Source: an uncultured Anaerolineaceae bacterium (GTDB taxonomy: Bacteria > Chloroflexota > Anaerolineae > Anaerolineales > DRMV01). Taken from it: 64,000 bases of DNA. Positions 46,419-55,965 of this stretch are shown here, piece by piece. Position numbers and translations under genes: made by a program. The stretch lies in the NCBI GenBank assembly GCA_964435005.1, contig CAYSXA010000001.1, forward strand, positions 2,237 to 66,236. Reading direction: 5' to 3'. Numbering within the stretch: the stretch's first letter is position 1; every line of letters starts with the position of its first letter. The notes under the pieces are model-generated. The model did no database searches. It was not told the DNA's origin and worked only from the letters and a program-made list of their open reading frames with translations.

Positions 46419-48200
46419 ATGAAACGAGCCTTGATGAGCGGAAATGAGGCCATTGCTCGCGGCGCATGGGAAGGCGGGGTGGAGGTCGCCACCGCTTACC
46501 CAGGCACGCCCAGCACCGAGATTCTGCAAAACGTGGCGCTGTATGAGGACATTTACGCCGAGTGGTCGGCCAACGAGAAGGTGGCGTTGGACACCGCCAT
46601 CGGCGCAGCCTACGCCGGCAAGCGGGCACTGGCGGCGATGAAGCACGTCGGCCTGAATGTGGCCTCGGAGGCGCTGTTCTACTCGTCCTACACCGGCGTG
46701 AACGCCGGTCTGGTGATCGTTACGGCGGACGATCCCGGCATGCACTCCTCGCAGAACGAGCAGGACAACCGGCACTACGCTCGCTTCGCCAAAGTGCCCA
46801 TGCTGGAGCCTTCGGACAGCCAGGAAGCAAAGGATTTCGTCAAACTGGGGCTGGATTTGAGCGAGCAGTTCGATACCCCGGTGCTGCTGCGTACCACCAC
46901 CCGTACCTCGCACGCCAAGACGGCAGTCACGCTGGAGGAGCGCCACCCGGTGGAGAAGCGGCCTTATGTCAAGCAGCCGTCCAAGTACGTGATGATCCCC
47001 GGCTACGCGCGCCAGCGGCATCCGGTGGTCGAGGAGCGCACGCGTAAATTGCGCGAATGGGCCGAAACGGCAGAGATCAACCGTATCGAATGGGGTGACC
47101 GCTCGCTGGGCATCATTTCCTGTGGCGCGGCGTACAACTACGCGCGCGAGGTGTTCCCCAACGCCTCGTTCCTGAAACTGGGCATGGTCTGGCCGTTGCC
47201 GGAGCGGCTGATCCGCGAGTTCGCCGAGGGCGTGGAGCGGCTGGTGGTGATCGAGGAACTGGATCCCTTCATCGAAGAGTGGGTGCGTCAGATGGGCATC
47301 CCGGTGGAAGGGAAGAACATCTTCCCGCTGGTGGACGAATTGACGCCGGAGCGGGTGCGGCATGCGGCCATCGAAGGTGGGCTGCTGAGCAAGAATGGCG
47401 GCAACGGACACGGTCCCACGCCCTCGGATTTGCCGCGCCGTCCGCCGGTGCTGTGCGCCGGGTGTGGGCACCGTGATGTGTACTGGGTGCTGCGCAAGAT
47501 GAAGGTGACGGTGAACTCGGACATCGGCTGTTATGCGCTGGGCGTGTTGCCGCCGCTGGACGCCACCGACACTATCGGCGCGATGGGCGCCAGCATTGGC
47601 GTGGCGATGGGTATGCGGCACGCCGGTCTGGAGAAGGGCAACGTGGCGACCATTGGCGACAGCACCTTCTTCCACGCCGGGCTGCCCGCGCTGGCGACGG
47701 CGGTCTATAACAACACGCCGATCACGGTGGTAGTGGTGGACAATCGCACCACCGGTATGACCGGTCATCAGGGCAACCCGGCTTCTGGCGAGACGCTGAA
47801 GGGCGAGGAAGGTAAACGCATCGACATCGCTGCTGTGTGCCGCGCGATGGGCGTGGAGTTCGTCGAAGAGGTGGACGCCCGCGACCTGGAGAAACTGGAA
47901 CAGACCATCCGCGCGGCGATGAAGTTCAACGGCCCGGCGGTGGTGGTCGCCAAGACGGTGTGCGTGTTCGTCGCCAGTCACCCGCGCGAGGCGTACACGG
48001 TTGACCTGGAAGCCTGCAACGGCTGCACGATGTGCTTCCGCATCGGCTGCCCGGCGATTTACAAGAGCGAGGAGATGGACGAAAAGTACAACCGTCCCAA
48101 AGCCTGGATTGACCCGGCGCAGTGCGTGGGCTGTGGCCTGTGCTTCGACGTGTGTCCGCGACAGGCCATTGAGCCGGGGAAGGAGAAGGTGACGGTCTGA
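46419..48200 (+). CDS. iorA: Indolepyruvate (arylpyruvate/2-oxoacid):ferredoxin oxidoreductase alpha subunit, copy 2
   Basis: Own SD AAAGGAG (46405-46411) plus ATG 46419. MSGNEAIARGAWEGGVEVATAYPGTPSTEI, DDPGMHSSQNEQDNR, GDSTFFH, C-terminal CNGCTMC..CP and CVGCGLCFDVCP. Confidence 0.88.
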   Translation: MKRALMSGNEAIARGAWEGGVEVATAYPGTPSTEILQNVALYEDIYAEWSANEKVALDTAIGAAYAGKRALAAMKHVGLNVASEALFYSSYTGVNAGLVIVTADDPGMHSSQNEQDNRHYARFAKVPMLEPSDSQEAKDFVKLGLDLSEQFDTPVLLRTTTRTSHAKTAVTLEERHPVEKRPYVKQPSKYVMIPGYARQRHPVVEERTRKLREWAETAEINRIEWGDRSLGIISCGAAYNYAREVFPNASFLKLGMVWPLPERLIREFAEGVERLVVIEELDPFIEEWVRQMGIPVEGKNIFPLVDELTPERVRHAAIEGGLLSKNGGNGHGPTPSDLPRRPPVLCAGCGHRDVYWVLRKMKVTVNSDIGCYALGVLPPLDATDTIGAMGASIGVAMGMRHAGLEKGNVATIGDSTFFHAGLPALATAVYNNTPITVVVVDNRTTGMTGHQGNPASGETLKGEEGKRIDIAAVCRAMGVEFVEEVDARDLEKLEQTIRAAMKFNGPAVVVAKTVCVFVASHPREAYTVDLEACNGCTMCFRIGCPAIYKSEEMDEKYNRPKAWIDPAQCVGCGLCFDVCPRQAIEPGKEKVTV

Positions 48201-48404
48201 TTTGGAGGTGTCCGAGGTGGTAGAAGTCTCTGAGGTATCAGAGATTCAGAGGCGTCAAAGGTGTCAGAGGCGTGATGCACTGACCGCCAGGCGACACCGA
48301 CGACCATCTAGACCACAGCGACTACCACAAACCACAATGACGATACAGACAACGCTGACTACAAAGACCACGACCACCACACAGACTACACAACCGAGGT
48401 AACG
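48201..48404 (+). repeat. Low-complexity spacer with a 9-nt period: purine-rich block (TCNGAGGYR-like units) followed by a C/A-rich block (GACCAC/GACTAC-like units)
   Basis: Units such as TCAGAGGCG / TCAAAGGTG / TCAGAGGCG (about 48210-48275), then GACACCGAC / GACCATCTA / GACCACAGC / GACTACCAC ... (about 48293-48398). One frame (48202-48402, TTG start) is open across the whole spacer. Confidence 0.75.
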
Positions 48405-49013
48405 ATGACCACGAAGAACGTCAACTTTCTGCTCGCCGGTGTGGGCGGCCAGGGCACGCTGCTGGCTAGCGACATTCTGGCTGAGGTGGGGCTGCATGTC
48501 GGCCTGGACGCGAAGAAATCGGAAGTGCACGGTATGTCCCAGCGCGGCGGCGTGGTGACCAGCCATGTGCGCTGGGGCGAGAAAGTCTACTCCCCCCTGT
48601 GCGAGAAAGGCAAGGTGGACATTCTGATCGCCCAGGAACTGCTGGAGGCGCTGCGATTTGTGGATTACCTGCGCCCTGGCGGGACGGCGATCTTGAGCCA
48701 TCACCGTATTCCGCCCACGTCCACCGTGTTTGGCAGCGTGCCCTATCCCGCTGAGGATCAGGTTATGCAAGCGTTTCAGGAACGGGCGGGCAAAGTGTTG
48801 TTGATTGATGCGGTGGAGATCGCTGAGCAGATGGGCAACCGACGCGCGGCGAACACCGTGCTGCTCGGCGCGCTTGCCAGCCAGTTGGATGTGCCGATGG
48901 AGGCCTGGCTGGAAGTGGTGCTGGCCCGTGTTCCGCAGAAGTATAAGGAGGTGAACCGGAAGGCGTTTATGGCAGGCTACGAAGGTCAATGGGAACTGTC
49001 TCGACAACCGTAA
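48405..49013 (+). CDS. iorB: Indolepyruvate:ferredoxin oxidoreductase beta subunit, copy 2
   Basis: LAGVGGQGTLLASDI...VHGMSQRGGVVTSHVRWG. 202 aa. Confidence 0.9.
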   Translation: MTTKNVNFLLAGVGGQGTLLASDILAEVGLHVGLDAKKSEVHGMSQRGGVVTSHVRWGEKVYSPLCEKGKVDILIAQELLEALRFVDYLRPGGTAILSHHRIPPTSTVFGSVPYPAEDQVMQAFQERAGKVLLIDAVEIAEQMGNRRAANTVLLGALASQLDVPMEAWLEVVLARVPQKYKEVNRKAFMAGYEGQWELSRQP

Positions 49014-49084
49014 GGCTGTCTTAACGCTGACCTGTGTGGAGGCCGGCGGCGTTTAACCCATTTCTGCTGTGAGGAGGAGGAACC

Positions 49085-50404
49085 ATGCCTATCTGGAACC
49101 CTGAGTTCGAAACGATGGATCGTGACCGGTTGGCGAAGTTGCAGGGGGAGCGGTTGCGTCAGGTGGTCGAGTGGGTGTACCAGCGGGTGCCATTCTATCA
49201 GCGCAAGTTCAAGGAGGCCGGCGTCACCCCAGAGGACATCCGCTCGCTGGATGACTTGAAGCGGCTGCCCTTCACCACCAAGCAGGACCTGCGTGACGAG
49301 TACCCCTTTGGCTTCTTCGCCGTGCCGCTGGATGAGGTGGTACGCATCCACTGTTCGAGCGGCACCACCGGCAAACCGACCGTGGGCGGCTACAACGCGC
49401 ATGATATGAAAGTGTGGGCCGAGGTGATGGCGCGCACCGTAACGGCGGCGGGCGTGACGGACAAAGACATCTGCCACAACGCCTACGGATACGGCTTGTT
49501 CACCGGCGGCCTGGGCTTTCACCTGGGCTTTGAAACCGTGGGTGCGACCGTGGTGCCTATCTCTGGTGGCCTGACCAAACGGCAGTTGATGTTGATGGAG
49601 GATTTTGGCGCCACCGTGCTCACCTGCACCCCGTCCTACTCGCTGGTACTGGCCGAAGAAGCAGCAGAGCAGGGCTTCGACTTCAAGAGCCGCATGAAGG
49701 TGCGTGTGGGTATCTTCGGTGCGGAGCCGTGGACGGAGGAAATGCGTTTGCGTGTCCAGGAGAAACTTGGCCTGGAAGCCTACGACATCTATGGCCTGAC
49801 CGAGATCATCGGGCCTGGTGTCTCGGTGGAGTGCGAGCATCACAACGGCCTGCATATCTTTGAAGACCATTTCCTGCCAGAGATCATTGATCCCGAAACC
49901 GGTGAGCAACTGCCCTATGGTGAGGAAGGTGAGCTGGTGATCACCACGCTGACCAAGCAGGCCATGCCGATGATCCGCTATCGCACCCGTGACCGCACGG
50001 TGCTGCACGCCGAGAAGTGCGCCTGCGGGCGGACGATGGTGCGCATGGAGAAGGTGCGCGGTCGCACCGACGACATGCTGATCGTGCGCGGTGTGAACGT
50101 CTTCCCCTCGCTGGTGGAGAAGACGTTGTTAAGCATTGACGGTCTGGAGCCGCATTACCAGATCGTGGTGGATCGCCCCAAAGACCAGTTGGACCACCTG
50201 GAAGTCTGGGTGGAAGCCAGCAAGCGTTACTTCGAGCCGGTGGACATGCAGGCGTTGGATGCACTCAAGCGCCGCACGGAAGCCGAGCTGGCCGAAGCGC
50301 TGGGCATTCATGCCGAGGTCAAGTTGATGGGGCCGCACACTATCGAGCGCTCGCTCGGCAAAGCCAAGCGTGTGCTCGATAAGCGCAAAGTGTACCAGGA
50401 CTGA
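49085..50404 (+). CDS. paaK: Phenylacetate-CoA ligase family (PaaK-like), copy 2
   Basis: [47 protein letters not shown]. 439 aa. Confidence 0.9.
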   Translation: MPIWNPEFETMDRDRLAKLQGERLRQVVEWVYQRVPFYQRKFKEAGVTPEDIRSLDDLKRLPFTTKQDLRDEYPFGFFAVPLDEVVRIHCSSGTTGKPTVGGYNAHDMKVWAEVMARTVTAAGVTDKDICHNAYGYGLFTGGLGFHLGFETVGATVVPISGGLTKRQLMLMEDFGATVLTCTPSYSLVLAEEAAEQGFDFKSRMKVRVGIFGAEPWTEEMRLRVQEKLGLEAYDIYGLTEIIGPGVSVECEHHNGLHIFEDHFLPEIIDPETGEQLPYGEEGELVITTLTKQAMPMIRYRTRDRTVLHAEKCACGRTMVRMEKVRGRTDDMLIVRGVNVFPSLVEKTLLSIDGLEPHYQIVVDRPKDQLDHLEVWVEASKRYFEPVDMQALDALKRRTEAELAEALGIHAEVKLMGPHTIERSLGKAKRVLDKRKVYQD

Positions 50405-50697
50405 TGCGCGTTCACGTGCGCCTGGGTGAACCGTTCTGGCGGGTGGTGGGCCAGCGTGAAGTCGAGGTCGTGTTGCCGGCGGGTAGCAGCCTGGCCGACC
50501 TGCTGGCCCATCTCCGCCAGATGTACCCTGATCTGGAGACGGAGATGGGCGCTGCGCCGCCGTTGCTCTTCCTGGACGACGACGAAGCCGACCCGGAAAC
50601 CCTGCTTTCCGAGGGCGATCGGGTGCATCTGCTCTGGCCGATCGCAGGCGGAATGGAGAGTACCGCACCTGTTCCCCCATTCCGCATCCCTCATTAA
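50404..50697 (+). CDS. MoaD/ThiS-like ubiquitin-fold protein with a 14-aa extension after the Gly-Gly motif
   Basis: Beta-grasp-like pattern ending ..GDRVHLLWPIAGG, followed by MESTAPVPPFRIPH. 1-nt overlap with the paaK stop. Directly upstream of aor. Confidence 0.6.
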   Translation: MRVHVRLGEPFWRVVGQREVEVVLPAGSSLADLLAHLRQMYPDLETEMGAAPPLLFLDDDEADPETLLSEGDRVHLLWPIAGGMESTAPVPPFRIPH

Positions 50698-50726
50698 CTT
50701 ATCCTGCATTCCCATGATCCAAAACC

Positions 50727-52577
50727 ATGAGCCGTACAGCGATCATTGACTTATCTCGCGGCGAAGTCCGCTACACCGAAACGCCACGCGCGCTGGTGGA
50801 AGCCTACCTGGGCGGGCGCGGGTTGAACATGGCCTACCTGCGCCACTACCTGCGGCGTGCGGGCGATCCGCGCGCGGTGGACCCGCTGGGGCCGGAAAAC
50901 CCGCTGATCTTCGGCGCGGGGTTGCTCACCGGCACCATCGCGCCCAACGCGGCGCGCTTCAACGTCTCCGCTCGCTCGCCGGAAAGCGGCATCCTGGGGG
51001 ATGCGAACTGCGGCGGATTCTTTGCCGCGGCCATGCGCAAAGCTGGCTTCGACCGTCTGGTCATCCTGGGACGCGCGGATCGCCCCGTCTATCTGTTGTT
51101 GGAGGACGGTCAGGTACACATCCTGGACGCCGGTGATCTGTGGGGTACGCGCGTGATCGAAGCGCAGGCGCAACTCAAGGCCCGCCACGGTCCTGGCACG
51201 GTTTCGGCGGTCATCGGCCCGGCAGGGGAACATCAGGTGCGCATGGCGGCCATCATGACGGGCAAGAAGAACGCCGCCGGTCGTGGCGGCATGGGCGCGG
51301 TGATGGGGAGCAAGAACCTGAAAGCGGTCGTGGCGCGCGGTGGCAAGGCCATCGCCGTCGCTCAGAAAGAGACCCTGCGTCAGATCCGCATCCAGCAGCA
51401 ACAGGCGCTGAAGAAGTCCAAGGTTGTGCAGGTGCTGGGACGGGTGGGCACGCCGCTGCTTTACGAGGTCAGCAACCGGCTGGGAGCCATCCGCACCCGC
51501 AACAGCCAGGAAAACTACTTCGAGGACACGCTGAACGCCGAAGAGATCGAAAAGTACTCCGACAAGATGCTGGCCTGTACCTCGTGCGTGGTGCATTGCC
51601 GGCATCGCAACACGCTGGGCGGCGAAGGGCCGGAGTACTCCACCATCGGCCTGCTGGGGGCGAACATCGGCATTGCGCCTACCGATCAGGTGATCACGCT
51701 GAACAACCTGGTCAACGACCTGGGGCTGGATGCCTCGTCCACCGGCTCCATCCTGGGTTGGGCGATGGAACTCTACCAGCGGGGCCTGATCGACGACGAG
51801 ATGACCGAAGGCCCGCTGCTGTGGGGGGACTATGAACGGGTGTATGACCTGATTGAGGAGATCGCCTACCGGCGCGGCTTCGGCGACGTGCTGGCGGAGA
51901 GCACACAGGCAGCGCGCTTCTTCCCGCCGGAGGCGAAAGACTACCTGATTGCCGTGAAGAACCTGCCGCAATCCGACCCGCACGATGTGCGCTACTTTAA
52001 GGGCTTTGCGCTGGGTATCGCGGTTGCCAGCCGGGGCGCGGATCACCTGCGCAACCGCCCCACGCTGGAGGTCTTCAAGCTGCCGGACGAGGTACGCGCC
52101 AGCATCTACGGTCGCGTGAACGACCCCGACCCCACCGGTTACAGGGACAAGGGCCTGATTGTGGCCTGGAGCGATGACATCTTCGCCGTGACCGATTGCC
52201 TGGGCATCTGCAAGTTCGTCACGCGTGGCTTCAACAGTCCGCACCTGCTGGGCTACCAGGAGTTCTGCGATCTGATCGAGGCAGCCACCGGTCTACACTA
52301 CACGCCAGAGACGCTGCGAGCCGTCGGGCGGCGGGTGCTGGACACCGAACGGATGATCAACGCGGATTTTGGCCTCAGCCGTGCAGACGACACGCTGCCT
52401 AAACGGTACTTCGACGACCCGATACCAGCCCGCAAGACCAAAGGTCATCATGTAGACCGCGAGCAGTTCCAGCGCATGTTGGACGAGTATTACGCCGAAC
52501 GCGGCTGGGATGCGGAAGGGCGCGTGCCGGCGGGTCGCCAGGCGGGGATCGATGCGTTGATTGCCCAGTTGGGATAA
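50727..52577 (+). CDS. aor: Tungsten-type aldehyde:ferredoxin oxidoreductase (AOR family)
   Basis: N-terminal ..EAYLGGRGLNMAYL.., [4Fe-4S] ligands CTSCVVHC plus DCLGICKF. 616 aa. Confidence 0.9.
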   Translation: MSRTAIIDLSRGEVRYTETPRALVEAYLGGRGLNMAYLRHYLRRAGDPRAVDPLGPENPLIFGAGLLTGTIAPNAARFNVSARSPESGILGDANCGGFFAAAMRKAGFDRLVILGRADRPVYLLLEDGQVHILDAGDLWGTRVIEAQAQLKARHGPGTVSAVIGPAGEHQVRMAAIMTGKKNAAGRGGMGAVMGSKNLKAVVARGGKAIAVAQKETLRQIRIQQQQALKKSKVVQVLGRVGTPLLYEVSNRLGAIRTRNSQENYFEDTLNAEEIEKYSDKMLACTSCVVHCRHRNTLGGEGPEYSTIGLLGANIGIAPTDQVITLNNLVNDLGLDASSTGSILGWAMELYQRGLIDDEMTEGPLLWGDYERVYDLIEEIAYRRGFGDVLAESTQAARFFPPEAKDYLIAVKNLPQSDPHDVRYFKGFALGIAVASRGADHLRNRPTLEVFKLPDEVRASIYGRVNDPDPTGYRDKGLIVAWSDDIFAVTDCLGICKFVTRGFNSPHLLGYQEFCDLIEAATGLHYTPETLRAVGRRVLDTERMINADFGLSRADDTLPKRYFDDPIPARKTKGHHVDREQFQRMLDEYYAERGWDAEGRVPAGRQAGIDALIAQLG

Positions 52578-52602
52578 CCCTTACCCTACCCCCTTCTTTT
52601 CC

Positions 52603-52657
52603 CCCTCACCTCTCCCATTGGGAGAGGGAAGGGGGGCCGGGGGGGGAGAGGTGAGGG
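52603..52657. repeat. GC-rich palindromic intergenic element (core CCTCTCCCA-T-TGGGAGAGG) with two mutually exclusive pairings
   Basis: Left arm 52603-52617 can pair with 52619-52627 (9 bp) or with 52644-52657 (14 bp perfect: CCCTCACCTCTCCC / GGGAGAGGTGAGGG). Confidence 0.8.
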
Positions 52658-52673
52658 CAAACAAGGAGCCATT

Positions 52674-53963
52674 ATGGGAATGACGTTGGCCGAAAAGATC
52701 CTGGCCGCGCACAGCGGCAAAACCGAGGTGCACGCCGGGGAGTTCGTGAACGCCAAAGTGGATCTGGTGCTGGCGTCCGAACTGTCCGGTGTGGTCGCCA
52801 TCGATGCCTTTCGCAAGATCAAAGGCGCGCGGGTGTTCGACCCGCAGAAAGTGGTCTTTGTGATGGATCATTTCACTCCCAACAAAGACATCAAGAGCGC
52901 CGAGATCGTGAAAAAGTGCCGCGAGTTCGCCCAGGAGACCGGTATCCGTCTGTACGATGTGGGACGGGCGGGCATTCAGCACGTGCTGCTGCCGGAGCAA
53001 GGGCTGGTCTCGCCGGGGGACATCATTGCCGGCGCGGACTCGCACACCTGCACTTACGGCGCGCTGGGGGCGCTGGGCACCGGCATCGGGTCCACCGACG
53101 CGGCGGCAGCCATGGCGCTTGGCGAGTTATGGTTCAAAGTACCGGAGACCATCAAAGTCGTCTACCATGGACGCCCGCGCCCTGGCGTGGTGGGCAAGGA
53201 CATCATTCTGCATACCATCAAGGTCGTCGGCGTGGCGGGCGCGCGCTACATGGCGATTGAGTACAGCGGGGAGGCGGTCGGGTATCTGCAAATGAGCGAC
53301 CGTCTGACCATGGCAAACATGGCGATCGAAGCCGGTGCGATGGCCGGGCTGTTTCAGGCCGACGAGGTTACGATGGCGTTCTTGCAGCGCGCGGGTGCGC
53401 GCCCCGGCGTGGCCTATCGGCCCGATCCGGATGCACATTATGCCCGCGTGGTGGACATTGACCTTTCCGACCTGGAGCCGCAGGTGGCCGTGCCCTATCT
53501 GCCAGAGAACAGCGTGCCGGTTTCCGAGGTGGCGGGGCTGGAGATCCATCAGGTGGTGATCGGGATGTGCACCAACGGCACGCTGGACGATCTGCGACAG
53601 GCGGCGGCAGTGCTGCGCGGGCGCAAGATCCATCCGCGCGTGCGAGCCATCATCATCCCCGGAACGCCCCAGGTGTACCGCGACGCATTGAAAGAGGGAC
53701 TGGTGGACATCTTCATGGACGCCGAGTGTGTGGTCAGTATGAGCACTTGTGGGCCGTGCCTGGGCGGGCACATGGGCGTGCTGGCCGCCGGGGAGCGGTG
53801 CGTGTCCACCAGCAACCGCAACTTCCGCGGACGGATGGGGCACATGCAGTCGGAAGTGTACCTCGCCAGTCCCGCGGTGGCGGCAGCTTCCGCCGTGGCA
53901 GGTTGCATTGCCTCGCCGGAGGACATCGGCGTTTCACCGGACGTAGTACGGGTGTATGTGTAG
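52674..53963 (+). CDS. Aconitase-family dehydratase large subunit (LeuC/HacA-type, archaeal-style about 420 aa)
   Basis: MTLAEKILAAHSGK, DHFTPN, GADSHTCTYGALGA, cluster Cys GMCTNG and CGPCLG, STSNRNFRGRMG. Confidence 0.88.
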   Translation: MGMTLAEKILAAHSGKTEVHAGEFVNAKVDLVLASELSGVVAIDAFRKIKGARVFDPQKVVFVMDHFTPNKDIKSAEIVKKCREFAQETGIRLYDVGRAGIQHVLLPEQGLVSPGDIIAGADSHTCTYGALGALGTGIGSTDAAAAMALGELWFKVPETIKVVYHGRPRPGVVGKDIILHTIKVVGVAGARYMAIEYSGEAVGYLQMSDRLTMANMAIEAGAMAGLFQADEVTMAFLQRAGARPGVAYRPDPDAHYARVVDIDLSDLEPQVAVPYLPENSVPVSEVAGLEIHQVVIGMCTNGTLDDLRQAAAVLRGRKIHPRVRAIIIPGTPQVYRDALKEGLVDIFMDAECVVSMSTCGPCLGGHMGVLAAGERCVSTSNRNFRGRMGHMQSEVYLASPAVAAASAVAGCIASPEDIGVSPDVVRVYV

Positions 53964-54022
53964 CGCACCTGTAACTTGCACTCGATTCACCATGAGAAGC
54001 AGAGGTATTTGAGGAATTTGAG

Positions 54023-54418
54023 GTGTCGGAGGAGGAGCGGCTGCGGGCGGATCCCTTCGCCCAATCGCTGGGAGCGGAGTTGCTGAGCGTGCATCCTGGT
54101 GTGGCCAAGGCGGCCATCACGGTGTGCGAGGGACATTGCAACGTGCTCGGCTGGCCGCACGGCGGGATGATCTTTACCCTGGCGGACTACGCCTTCGCGG
54201 CGGCCTGCAACGCCGGAAACCCGCCCACCGTGGCGGTGCACATGGATATGACCTTTCTCACCCCGGCGCGAATCGGCGAGCGGTTGGAGGCCGAGGCCGT
54301 GCGGCGCGGTGGTCAGGGACGCACTCATCTCTATCGCCTGAGCGTGTACGGCGAAGACCGCCGCCTGATCGCCGAAGGGTATGGACTGGCAAGGACGTTG
54401 AAGGAGACGGAGGCATGA
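54023..54418 (+). CDS. paaI: PaaI/PaaD-type hot-dog thioesterase
   Basis: DPFAQSLGAELLSVHPG.A......CNVLGWPHGGMIFTLADYAFAAAC. GTG start. 131 aa. Confidence 0.8.
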   Translation: MSEEERLRADPFAQSLGAELLSVHPGVAKAAITVCEGHCNVLGWPHGGMIFTLADYAFAAACNAGNPPTVAVHMDMTFLTPARIGERLEAEAVRRGGQGRTHLYRLSVYGEDRRLIAEGYGLARTLKETEA

Positions 54419-55965
54419 GTTTCACCCATTTCTATCACACCACCCTGGGCGAGTTGCTGACCACCCAGGCCCGCATCCACGGCAAGCGTCCCTACCTGCG
54501 CCTGGGCGAACGCACCTGGACGTATGCTCAGGCGGAGGAGGCCGCGATCTCCCTGGCCGGGGCGCTGATCGACCTGGGGCTGCGTCCGGGCGACCGGGTG
54601 GCCGTGATGCTGCCCAACCTGCCGGAGTACGTGATCACCCTGTTCGCGGCAGCAAAGGCGGATCTGTTGCTGGTGCCGATCAACTTACGCCGCCATCCAG
54701 GCGAGGTGCGCGCCCGGTTCGAACGCACCCGCCCAAAAGCAGTGGTCACATTTTCTCAACCGGAAGAGTTCTGGGGCGTGGATCACCTGGAGATGGTGCG
54801 CACCATGCAGCCCGATTTGCCCTTCCTGGAGCATATCATTGCGCTGGAGGGCGGCGATGGCGTGCTGGACTGGGCTGCGCTCTGTGAACACGACGGCCCG
54901 CCCCCGCTGGCAGACGTCCGTCCACAGGACGCGGCGGCCATTGTTCACACGCTGGGGAGCGTCGGTACGCCGCGCGGCGCAGTGCTCACCCACGGCGGAT
55001 TGGTGCGCAACGCCGCTGACATCGCCGCCAACCTGGCCTGCACCGAGGCGGATGTCTTCCTGGGGGCGGTGCCGTTCTCCAACACTTTTGGTCTCACTCC
55101 TACCATCCTGTCCTGCACCGTGGCCGGCGCGCAACTGGTCTGCCTTCCGCGCTACCGGGCGGGGGAGGCGCTGCGGCTGATCCGTGAGGTGGGCGTCACC
55201 GTACATCACGGCGTGCCCACCATGTTTGCGATGGAACTGAACCACCCCGATTTCCGCCCGCAAGACTACGCCACGCTGCGAACCGGCATCATGTCTGGCG
55301 CGCCCTGTCCGCCAGAACTGGTGCGCCGCGTGCGCGAGCAGATGGATATCGCGCTGGTGCTGGCCTATGGCCTGACGGAAGCCTCGCCGTCGGTTGCCAT
55401 GACGCGCCTGGACGATGGCCCAATCACCGCCACCGAGACCGTGGGGCGCCCGATGCCGGACGTGGAGGTCAGGGTGGTGGACGAGCGCGGGCAGCCCCTG
55501 CCGCCCGGTCAGGAAGGCGAACTGTGCGTGCGCGGTTACAACGTGATGCGCGGCTACTGGCAGGACGACCGCGCGACCGCCGAGGTGTTGGACGCGGACG
55601 GCTGGCTGCACACCGGCGATCTGGCAGTGATCGACCCCGATGGCCCTATTCGCATTCTGGGGCGCAAGGACGAGGTGATCAACCGGGGCGGCTTCAAAGT
55701 CCATCCTGCGCCAGTGGAGATGGTCTTGCGGTCTCACCCTGGCGTGAAGGAGGCTGCCGTGGTTGGTGTGCCGGATGCCATCTACGGCCAACTCCCGGTG
55801 GCCTGCGTGGTACCTGGCCCGGGAGCCGATCTGGACGCAGACATGCTTCTGGCCTACGCTGCCGAACACCTGAGCGAAGATGCGTTGCCCTCGCGGGTGG
55901 TCTTCTTCGATGTGCTGCCGCGCCGTCCCAGCGGGGCGGTAGACAAGGCCTATCTGAGCGAGCGC
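54415..55965 (+). CDS. AMP-dependent acyl-CoA synthetase/ligase (ANL) domain; no in-frame stop, so the ORF continues into the LeuD-like domain (to 56466)
   Basis: ATGA overlap with paaI. ANL motifs AYGLTEASP, WLHTGDLAV, ILGRKDEVINRGGFKV. Atypical A3 (HTLGSVGTPRGA) and A10 (PRRPSGAVDK) motifs. Confidence 0.8.

Noticed and set aside
45522-47981. 819-aa minus-strand ORF antisense to livF/iorA2
   Set aside because: A GC-driven open frame with no motifs. The + strand carries clear ABC and IOR signatures.
48198-48232. Possible TGA read-through of the iorA2 stop into the repeat spacer
   Set aside because: Continuing in the iorA2 frame hits another TGA after 10 codons, so read-through would not produce a meaningful extension.
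48201-48404. CRISPR array
   Set aside because: The units are only 9 nt, degenerate and contiguous with no spacers, and no cas genes are present.
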